In this document: positions 1 through 8,400 of the stretch, in pieces
How the letters are laid out: each line of letters opens with the position of its first letter
How positions within the stretch are numbered: the first letter of the stretch is position 1
Source of the DNA: Dehalococcoidia bacterium
GTDB lineage: Bacteria > Chloroflexota > Dehalococcoidia > Lucifugimonadales > UBA3495
Length of the DNA stretch: 64,000 nucleotides
NCBI GenBank assembly: GCA_034420475.1
Contig: DAOULH010000025.1
Span: forward strand, 1,593-65,592
Reading direction: 5' to 3'
Program-made: the position numbers and the translations under genes
Notes under the pieces: model-generated
What the model was told of the DNA's origin: nothing
The model's input: the letters and a program-made list of their open reading frames with translations, nothing else
Databases searched by the model: none

Positions 1-293
1 TGCTTTCCGACGGGAGTAGAATCAGTGCGACTGACGGCCCGCCGCAGCTGCAAATCCGGCGGGCGTGGTGACGGGCTACCGCATATGCCCGCCCGATGGA
101 GAAATGTGACATAACCGGCTGTTTGCCGGGAGATCGGCTTTCTGCTCCGCTCGCGGGAATGACTCGTGGAGAGGGGCAGCTTCCCGTTGGTCATGGCAAT
201 CACGCTCGGGGCGCCCGTGTGGCGCCGCGGGCGTTTCTGTTTTTCGTGCTCGATAAGGTCCCGTTTTCCTGATGTCTGCAAGGAGGTTTTGTC

Positions 294-986
294 TTGGAGT
301 CCATGGTTCCCACCGGTTCATCTCAACGCGTTTCCGCGACCGTGATCAGCGCCGTGATGGAGTGTCATGATGAGGCTTTTCTCCTCCTGGATAGCCTGGT
401 TTGGGGATCGGGCTTCGCCCGGTTCGAGGAAGCCTATGACCGCTGGCGGGATTTATCCGACCGCTGGCGGGCTTACCAGGATTCCAGAGGTCACGCGAAA
501 TTCGATGCCGCGCCTGGTTCGGGTCCTGTGGCCGAACGGGCGGGGGATTTCGCCGGCGATGGGGCCGGCGCGGAGTCGGCGGCTGAGGTTGGAGCGGTTC
601 GGCACCTGGTTGAACTGATGAGACTGGGAGACGAAGGGAAAATACGTTATTTGACCAATGCGGGGATGGCGGAGTCGGAGCTGGTCCGTTTGGTCGAGTT
701 GGCGATGGCCTGGAGGCATGATGCAGGGTTAGGGCGGCTGGGCGAACTGTCGAGGTTTGCGGCGGAGTCGGAGCTGGGCGCCGGGTGGGTGCTGCAGACG
801 TGGATAGACGCCGAGCACCGGGTCAGGCTGGCGCTGTTGTTAGAGGGTGAGGCCGTTGGGGAGTTGGGTCTGGCGGTCGCGCACGCGGTGTCCCGTACCG
901 CGGAGGTGGTGTTTGCGTCGTATTGGTTCGATCTGTACCGCGACGATAGCGAGATTGTTCTGGTGCCCGGCGATGAGCTGGAGTAG
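294..986 (+). CDS. hypothetical protein, 230 aa, no recognisable domain
   Basis: Longest ORF here. AAGGAGG at 280-286 lies 7 nt upstream of the TTG at 294 (ATG at 303 is an alternative start). Product is helical-looking and Ala/Glu/Leu/Arg-rich. Confidence 0.5.
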   Translation: MESMVPTGSSQRVSATVISAVMECHDEAFLLLDSLVWGSGFARFEEAYDRWRDLSDRWRAYQDSRGHAKFDAAPGSGPVAERAGDFAGDGAGAESAAEVGAVRHLVELMRLGDEGKIRYLTNAGMAESELVRLVELAMAWRHDAGLGRLGELSRFAAESELGAGWVLQTWIDAEHRVRLALLLEGEAVGELGLAVAHAVSRTAEVVFASYWFDLYRDDSEIVLVPGDELE

Positions 987-1096
987 CACGTCGTCGTGGG
1001 TCAGGTTGGGCTGTCGCGATCGTGGATGTCGCGTGACCGGGACAGTTGTTCAGGCGTGATTTCGGCGCCGAGAGCAAGTGTATATCTGCCCAGTGT

Positions 1097-1669
1097 TCAC
1101 TTGGGCCATCTGGCTACCTCGTCCTCGTACCCGCTGTCGGCCATTTCCTGGTCTCGCCGGCGCATCTCGTCACTGTAAGGGAGGACGTCTTCTACGGGTG
1201 GTAGATCGTCAATGATGGCCAGGTACAGGGCTGCGGCAGCCGTCTGGTATATCTGGCACGCTGCGTAGGCGTTGGCGAGGCTCTTCTGTTCGTTGGTCAT
1301 TCCGGCAAGCGCCGAGCTCAGCAGTTGGAAGTGGTGCGGTTCGGGCCATGCGCCCAGCAGTCTGTGGATGTCTTTCTTGGCGGTGGCGCACTCGCGCGCC
1401 GCCGAGCGCAGGGCGGGTTTGGCGGCTTTGCCGATGGTCTCCGCGACGGATTCGGTTATGAACCTGCTGGTTTGATCGTCGCCACCAACGACTTCCAGGT
1501 ACTGTATCCGTTTGTCGTTGCCCATTGGGGCCATGAGTTCGCAGTGCGCTTGCGATTTCATGACCCAGTCTGGTTGGTTGTCCTGGTCTTCGTAGTGGCC
1601 GTGTCGTTGGACGATGACTGCCGTGGTTTCGAACGTGGCCGGCGGCGGTGAGTCTATTTGGGTGGACAT
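1097..1669 (-). CDS. hypothetical protein, 190 aa
   Basis: Uninterrupted ORF, co-directional with and 34 nt downstream of the 1703-2479 frame. No motif recognised. Confidence 0.45.
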   Translation of the reverse strand: MSTQIDSPPPATFETTAVIVQRHGHYEDQDNQPDWVMKSQAHCELMAPMGNDKRIQYLEVVGGDDQTSRFITESVAETIGKAAKPALRSAARECATAKKDIHRLLGAWPEPHHFQLLSSALAGMTNEQKSLANAYAACQIYQTAAAALYLAIIDDLPPVEDVLPYSDEMRRRDQEMADSGYEDEVARWPK

Positions 1670-1702
1670 AATGATGTTCCGCTGATGTGGGTGTCCCTGC
1701 GT

Positions 1703-2479
1703 TCAGTCCTTGGCGGTGACCATGCTGATGGTGTAGGGGTGCCAGAGGCTGTTGAACGGGTTGTTGGTCCCGGCTTCGAGAGCATCGGCGAACAGATGCA
1801 GGGGGTTGACGGCGGCGGTGCCGACTTTGTCGTTCATGCCGACGGTGGTGTCGGCGCCGGGCAGCGCGATGCCGTATTTGCCGTTGACCTGACGGGCGAA
1901 CCCCATACCGAGGTCGAGGAGGTCAACGAACTTGGGCTGGCCGGTGAAGGGTTCGACGTCCATGCCGAACCACAGGCGCACTTCCGGCGGCGCTGCGGGG
2001 CCGTCCAGTTGGTCATCTTGGTACTGGAGGCCTTCGGGCAGGTCGCGGGCGGTGGCGTAGTCGAAGCTGACGGCTTCGCCGCCATCTTGGAGAATTGTTT
2101 CGATGCCGGTTGGCGGGTCGGCGGTTACGGTGCCGACGCCGTTTTCGGCGAGTTCCCGGCGTACGGTGTCGATGTCGAGTTCGCCGGTTTCCTCCGGGGT
2201 GATGACGTAGTATCCGGCATCGGACCAATCGCCGGCCAAGACGCCGTTTTCGTGGGCGACTTTGACCATGACGCCGTCGATGCAGTAGTAGTCCTGTCCG
2301 GCGATGCTGGCGTGGAGTGCCCCGGAAAGGGGTTGGAGGGTGCGGAGTTCGTCAACCAGCAGATCGATGCGGCGGAGCCACTCGCTCCTGGAGCCGGGCA
2401 GGAATTGGAGTTCGTAATCCAGGGTGGCCTGGTTGCCCTAGTAGTCGTAGCGTTGCGCCATTTGGAGAGGGGTGTTCAT
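1703..2479 (-). pseudogene. hypothetical gene interrupted by a single in-frame TAG (2438-2440)
   Basis: ATG at 2479 has GGGAGA 5 nt upstream. It is followed by 13 codons, a TAG, then 56 sense codons without any ATG/GTG/TTG before the ORF-track start at 2269. All are in one frame. Confidence 0.5.
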
Positions 2480-2660
2480 GACGTTCTCCCAATCTGGGGT
2501 GTTGGGGTAGGTGGGTCTATTTTCGTGGGTGTGGGGATTCCCGTAAACCCCTGTACGCAACTGATCTGCAAGATATTTGGCCTATGCCCCCGTTGTGGTG
2601 GTGGCGGTCACTCCGGCTGGGATCGCGTCGTCAATCCCATTGGTGGGCTGTTGTGGCCTG

Positions 2661-2780
2661 CCAAAAAAGCCAGCCGCCCCGTTAGTCGTGGGCGGCCGGC
2701 TGGTCGTCGTCGGTCGGCGACGGTGACATTGTGGCAGAGTCGGGCGGTTTCGCGCCACTGGCTGCTGTCATCGTTTTGAG
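2661..2780 (-). repeat. structured repeat element, copy A (three hairpins ending in an intrinsic terminator)
   Basis: About 80% identical to 12050-12165 and related to 12264-12381. Contains GTCGCCG-ACCGA-CGACGAC and a GC-rich stem 2669-2703 followed on the minus strand by a T6 run. Confidence 0.7.
2663..2703 (-). terminator. rho-independent terminator
   Basis: Minus strand reads CCAGCCGGCCGCCC-ACGACTAACG-GGGCGGCTGG followed by TTTTTT. Confidence 0.7.
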
Positions 2781-3041
2781 CATTGGACGGTCGTGGGCAG
2801 ACAGCGCAACGGTAAGGTATTGGACTATCACCAGGCGTTGACCGTGGAGCAGCAGATTTTCGGCTGGACGTAGCAGGTCCACCCGGTAGTCCCGGCGCCA
2901 GTCGCGGGACCTGAGACTGTCGAGCGACGTGCTCTCGACGTGCGCCGCCACGCGCTGGGCCGGCGAGCCGTGTGGGATGGCAACGTTGATGCTGGAAGTG
3001 GCGGTTGACATTCGCTGTGCGCCCTTGTAGGGTTTCATCAC
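2682..3041 (-). CDS. hypothetical protein (119 aa as drawn; C-terminal ~30 codons read into repeat copy A)
   Basis: ORF with a GTG/ATG start directly after a 9-nt G run (C run 3041-3049 on plus). No motif recognised. The 3' end is probably an artefact of reading through the repeat. Confidence 0.3.
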   Translation of the reverse strand: MMKPYKGAQRMSTATSSINVAIPHGSPAQRVAAHVESTSLDSLRSRDWRRDYRVDLLRPAENLLLHGQRLVIVQYLTVALSAHDRPMLKTMTAASGAKPPDSATMSPSPTDDDQPAAHD

Positions 3042-3562
3042 CCCCCCCCAGCGGGTAGTGCCGCTGGCCCGACGCCCCCCTGGCGGGGGCGTTTCTTTTT
3101 GTCGTCATCGTCGAGACGGCATGAAATTACCGCATCCCGAACTGCGCCGCAATCGCGCTACGGTTCTGGCGCCCGTGCTGCGCCTGCTTTGTACAGAGTT
3201 GACCGTGTTGGCGAAAACAGGCGTCCCCGGGGGTATCTGCGGGCGGTCCGAACTCAGACGGCTTCGATGCTTTGCAAGTGGGAGTGCTTGCGGTCACGCC
3301 ACTGGGCGATGCAAGCCTTACGGATGTTGCCTTTGGGTTCGGCGGCGTGTAGTTGGTGGCTGTCGCTAAACCAGAGAGTTCTGTTGAATGATGAGCGGCG
3401 TTGGCATTTTATTGCGAATTGCTTTGTTGACCGCTGGTGTGATGTCGCCGTGGATGCGTTGCGGGATGCCTGTCACGACCTTGGGGGTCTATCCACTGGC
3501 GGGATGCGTTGTCATGGAGCGATGCCCTTTCTGGCGTTTTGCAGCTATTCTGGCAGCGTCGG

Positions 3563-5314
3563 TCATTCGCTTTCCGGATACGGCCATGTGCGCACGGCGA
3601 TCTCTGCCATCCACACGGAGCGGTCGGTGATGTCCTGGTCTGTCCATTGGTCCTGATGGTGCTCCAGCAATTGCTTGGTGAGCATTACTTCGCTGCTGTC
3701 GCTCAGCGATGCTATTTTCTCTTCCCACGGGGCGTTGTTGTTCCGGTTCGTGGACCTGGTGACCAGCGTGAAGTTGCCGATGTACCGTAGGTGCTGTTGA
3801 CGCCGCTGGTGTCGTGCCTCTGTCCTGTTGCCCGTCATGGGGTAGTTGGTTTCTCCGGCTTCGCCGCTGGGCATCAGCTGTGTAGTTGTCACGCTCCTTT
3901 CCAGTGGTTCCAGCTCGGCGTCCCGCCTCAGTTGGGATTCCAGTGCCTTCAGAATGACATCGCGCCTGGTGGCGTTCATCTCGTGCGGTTGTGCACTCAG
4001 CCTGTCCATGATTTCCCGGTCACGGGGCCAGCGCGCCGCTTCTATGGTCAGCTGTTGCAGCGTTCTCCTGATTGCTTTTGCGGGGCTTTCGCCGGCGTCG
4101 GCGGCTTCCTTCAGCCGCGGCAACAGCATGTTAGTCATGATGTTGGTCATGATGTCGCCGATGCTCAGGTTGGCGATCACCCGACGTATGGCGTAGTTTT
4201 CTATCAGCCGGATGCAGGTCTGCCGCTCAATGCGGCTGACGCTGTTGTCGTCGTCCCAGAGCCACAGGATCACCGGCATAGTGGACGGTAGCCTCATGGC
4301 CATCAGCCGTTCGGAAGCTGGCATTGTGGCTGGGAAGTCGTTGTGCTGGACAGCTCGGTACATCTCGGCGGCGCGGTTCATGCGGTCTGTGATGTGTCGG
4401 ACGTCGCGTCCATTGGATTTGACTTCCTGGGTGTGCGCTCGGAACTCCGGGGCTACCCGTTGGGACCTGATCCGCCGGCGCTTCTGCGCCGTGAGCCAAT
4501 CGGCTAGGAAGTCGTTCAGCTTCCCGTCTTGCCACCAAGGTTCTTCCAGTGCTGGGCTCCACAGCGCGTCGGCTACTTGGTCATCTTCGGTGACGCCGCC
4601 TTCGTACATGATGGTGTTTTTCACCAGCTCAAAGGGATGCAGCGGCTCGCCTCGCCCGTTCAGTGTCTCGAATACGAGATTTGGCTGTTCATTGGCGTCC
4701 AGTTTCAGCAACGCTGTCTGCATTTTCTTGTCGAGCGTCGTGAGCAGGTTGACGCACTGTTCGGCGATGTCGTTGCCGTTGCGGATGTACCTTACAGCAG
4801 CGGTGTTGAAGTGGTCGTAGCACTGGTACATTCTGTTGTCGGCTATGTCCGTGCTGTTGATGCCTTGCAGCACCTCTCGCAAGTTCAAGCTGTCTTGTTT
4901 GCGAGTGTGGCGCACCTTTGGCGTTTTCTGCCCGTAGCCGATATTGTTCCAGATCCTTCCGAGGAATTCTTCGGCAAGTTCCGGTTGGCCGCATTCGCAG
5001 GCTGCGTCGCCGATGGCTTTCAGGATGATGAGCAGCGTGGTGATTCGCTGTTGCCCGTCTACTACGATGTAGCCCGGCGGTCTCCCGTCAGGATGGTGTG
5101 ATCTTTCCTGGATGACGATAGGCCCCATGAAGTGGGGTGGCACATCGTTTGGATCATCGGCGTTGCCGATGGCGTCGGCGACGTTGACGATGTCGTCCCA
5201 TAGTGGGGACCACTGGTTTTCTTCGTTCCAAGCGTAGCGACGCTGGAAGTACGGTATGACGTACTCCTCGTCGGTTTTCATCATTTCGGCCATTGTGGTG
5301 ACGTCTGCTTGCAT
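3563..5314 (-). CDS. GmrSD-like type IV restriction protein (DUF262 N-terminal, DUF1524-like C-terminal)
   Basis: DUF262 signatures IPYFQRRYAW and VVDGQQRITTL. C-terminal IGNFTLVTRSTNRNNNAPWEEK resembles the DUF1524 Asn-rich strand. The expected EH..P motif reads TQLMP. Confidence 0.8.
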   Translation of the reverse strand: MQADVTTMAEMMKTDEEYVIPYFQRRYAWNEENQWSPLWDDIVNVADAIGNADDPNDVPPHFMGPIVIQERSHHPDGRPPGYIVVDGQQRITTLLIILKAIGDAACECGQPELAEEFLGRIWNNIGYGQKTPKVRHTRKQDSLNLREVLQGINSTDIADNRMYQCYDHFNTAAVRYIRNGNDIAEQCVNLLTTLDKKMQTALLKLDANEQPNLVFETLNGRGEPLHPFELVKNTIMYEGGVTEDDQVADALWSPALEEPWWQDGKLNDFLADWLTAQKRRRIRSQRVAPEFRAHTQEVKSNGRDVRHITDRMNRAAEMYRAVQHNDFPATMPASERLMAMRLPSTMPVILWLWDDDNSVSRIERQTCIRLIENYAIRRVIANLSIGDIMTNIMTNMLLPRLKEAADAGESPAKAIRRTLQQLTIEAARWPRDREIMDRLSAQPHEMNATRRDVILKALESQLRRDAELEPLERSVTTTQLMPSGEAGETNYPMTGNRTEARHQRRQQHLRYIGNFTLVTRSTNRNNNAPWEEKIASLSDSSEVMLTKQLLEHHQDQWTDQDITDRSVWMAEIAVRTWPYPESE

Positions 5315-5416
5315 AGGGGTGGTGTCTCCTGCTCGCTTGGTCCTGGGGTGGTTTGGTTGGGCGTGACCGTCATGGTCACTCAGGTTGGGCGGCGGATATC
5401 GTTGTTGCGGCTTGTG

Positions 5417-8400
5417 CTAACCGGCGTACTGCCCGTAGCCGAGGCCGCGCACGTGCGGCTCCTGGTGTAGCAACAAGCGCAGGCGGGTGAGCTCGCTGGC
5501 GTCCCAGCCCATGGCGTCAGCGACGGCTTCGTCCCAGAGGCGTCGTACCTCGCACTCGCCTTCCCGGTACTGTGGGACGGTCATCCCTTTGGTGTGCTCC
5601 CAGCAGTCGGCGAGGATGCCGCGGATGCGGTCGACTTTGACGTTGGGGATTCGGATGTTTTCCAGCGGCTCGGGGTTGTACTGTGGAAATTCCAATGTGC
5701 GCCCGGCGTACCGTAGCAGTTGTAGCCTGCCCGCGGTTGAGTTGACGAACACGGCGATGGCTTTGGCTTCTTGGGCGTCTAGGCCGTTGATGGGTAGGCA
5801 CCCACGGCCTACGTACTTTTTGTCGTCGGCGATGGCAGTCAGGCGCGCCGTGTTAGTACGTTGTCCCGATGTGATTAGCAGGTAGCCGGCTTTTTGTAGC
5901 AGTTTGTCAGCCTGCGGGTAGGTTCCGCTGTTGAGGATGCGCTGCTCTTCGTCGGCGTTGTTTGGCGTCCAGTAGGCGTCAGGCGTGCTCTGGATGCTTT
6001 GCTGACCGTCGGCACCTTTGGAGCTGATGATAGGGAACTTGCCAGGGTCATCAGTGTCAGCAGGCACGAAATTGCTTTTCTTCAGGCTTTCCCTGGTGGT
6101 TTCGCATTCGCCGCCGTGTTCTCGGATGGTGAGCATTCTTGGGGATGTGTCGAGCTCGTACGCAGCATATGCGAGCTCTTGGCTGCGCAGGATCGCGGCT
6201 GACCAGTCGCCTGCTGTGATGCATTCCGCTGGCCAGTACGACACTGCTCCCCATCCGTTGGGGATTTTCCCTTCTTCGCACTGGCGCAGGGAGTATTCCA
6301 GTTCGTCTACTTCCGCTTCGTCTCTTGGCATCCAGTCAAGGTTGATAAATCTTGTAGGTGGTTTGTCACCCCTGTGCCTGCGCATGACGACGATGCTTTC
6401 ATTGATGCCGGTCTCTTGGCTCAAGTTGACGTTCTTCGGCTGGTGGCAGGTGAGGATCGTGTGGACGTGAAATTCTTGCGCCAGTGCTTGTCGTTCACTG
6501 AGACCCGATGGCGCGGACAGCGCGATTGTCGGGTTGATCATCGTTAGGATGCCGGTATCCCGGTTAACTATTCGCGCGGCTAGCATCACGAACAACGGTC
6601 GGACCGTTGTTCGTGATGCCATGAGTTTCAGGCTGATGTCGGCTTCAGTGGCTGTTTCTTCGAGCCAATCGACGCGCTTCCGTAGTCCTTGTTGGATGTC
6701 CTTGGGGAATTTCTCTCCCATCTTGTTCCGACTGGTGAACGGCGGGTTCATGATGACGATCTTGGCGCCCAATGCTTCGGATACCGTTTTGTCGGTTTTC
6801 GCGTCTGCGGTGTTGGACATCTGCAAATGGGCAGAGTTGACGGCTTCGTCGTCGATGTTCAGCTCGTTGCGCCGCGGCACGATTGCTTTCTGGCCCAGCA
6901 ACTCCAGCGTGCCGGCGGCTACGCGCTTGTTCTCCTGCGGGCCGTAGGACATCTGGTGCAGTCCCATCTGTTGGTAGCGGACTTCCGCGTTTCCAGCCGT
7001 CAGTTGTGCGGCTGCCAGTTGCAGTGAGACTGGGTTGATGTCAAGTCCTTTGATGGTGTCTTCCACGGCCAGCCGTTGCAGTCCGGCGATTTCCTCGTCG
7101 GTGGCTCCGGCTTCTCGGGCTCGGCGTTTCATGTCGGTGAGCATCGCCGCCAACAGGGTGCCGCTACCGCAGGCCAAGTCTACGGTCTTGTGCTCACCCC
7201 ATACTTCAGGGTCTCGCCAGTCCATGTCTCCGCAGACGTCCAGCGTAAGGCGCGCAGCTATTGATGCAGCCACGGGGCGGGTGAAGTAGGCGCCGTCTGA
7301 CGCCTGGTTGCCCATTACCTTGTTGAACAACGGACCCGCGTGGTCGGCGCCCATGTCCGCGTAGGCATGGGCGATGCGTTCTGCTTCCGCGCAGATGACG
7401 TGCAGCGCTTGGGTGAGTCCGTCCATCTTGCCGGTGGTTTCCACGGCGTAGATGGCTTCCAGTGCCGGCTCCAGCACGGGGTGGAAGTCGTGGCGCATGA
7501 TGCGTTCCCATTCTCTGGACAGGTTTCTGACCACGTTCTCGTCGTTCTTCAGTTGGGACAGGTCGCTGATGCCGGTGAGCCATTGGCCGGCGGCGATGCG
7601 CTGGTGCAGCATGGCAGCGTTCATCATCAGTAGTGCGCCGATGGTGCAGCCGTCGGCCTGCTTCTTGCGGCTTTCGCTGTCCAGATTGTCCAGGCTGAAG
7701 TGCGCGTCCAGCGTTGCCTTGAGGTGGTCCTCCCGCAGGCATCGGCCGGCTTCTCCCACGCCGTATTCCAGAAGGTTCAGGTCGCGGTCCACGCGGTTGC
7801 TGGTGAGCCCGGACTTGCTGAGCAGGTTCGCCGTGATGGCGTTGCGGTTCTGGTCGTCCAGGCCAATCATGTTCAGCATGAGCTGCGCGTGCTTGTCGCC
7901 GGGGTTGCGGCGGCGTTCCTGCTGTTTCCGGCGTTGCTCGGCGTTGGGAACTTTCACCCCAGTGCTGTTGTTGATCATGCCAGCCGCCTTTTTCTTGGTC
8001 GCCTGATAGTCAATCGGCGGCAGGCTTTCGCCGTTGGCGCTGTTGCGCTTCTGCCTGGCCGGGCTGTCACGACGCAGCTCCTTGCTGCCGTCGGCGTGCC
8101 TCTTGCCGGTGACCAGTGAGCTGGGCTCCGGCGGTGCCACTGCCGGTGCTTTGGGTTCTGCATTGGTGACCGCTGCGGTGGTTACCATGACTGGCGTCGG
8201 GGGCGGCGGTAGCAGTGTGCCCTGGTTGGGGTCGGCTGGCTTGGGCTGCGGCAGTCGCGGCTGGGCGTACTGTTCTGCCCAGCGCATGGGCTTGAGCCTG
8301 TCCAGCGGCCTCTGCCTGCCGTCCAGCACGGCTTCGATGATGTCCGGGACTTCCCTGGGATCGCCCACGTGGGCGTAGTATTGGATGTTCTTCTTGGCAT

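Noticed and set aside
1658-2779. Long ORFs antisense to or overlapping confident genes (for example 1658-2779 +, 32128-33087 +, 40333-41538 +, 41566-42633 -, 45327-46481 -, 46977-48554 -, 49799-50752 -, 51319-52911 -, 53455-54507 -, 59234-60541 -, 61084-61944 -)
   Set aside because: These are typical high-GC shadow frames. Their products are Arg/Gly/Ala/Pro/His-rich with no motifs, and each lies opposite a gene with clear family signatures.
3041-3049. C9 tract (G9 on the minus strand) directly upstream of the 2682-3041 ORF as a second phase-variation site
   Set aside because: The downstream ORF itself is doubtful and the tract is shorter. It is noted only because of the C13 tract in the methylase gene.
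3240-3560. Possible gene remnant on the minus strand (frames reading KVVTGIPQRIHGDITPAVNKAIRNKMPTPLIIQQNSLV and FSDSHQLHAAEPKGNIRKACIAQWRDRKHSHLQSIEAV)
   Set aside because: No start, a frame break, and no motif I can assign to a transposase or integrase family. It cannot be supported from the sequence alone.
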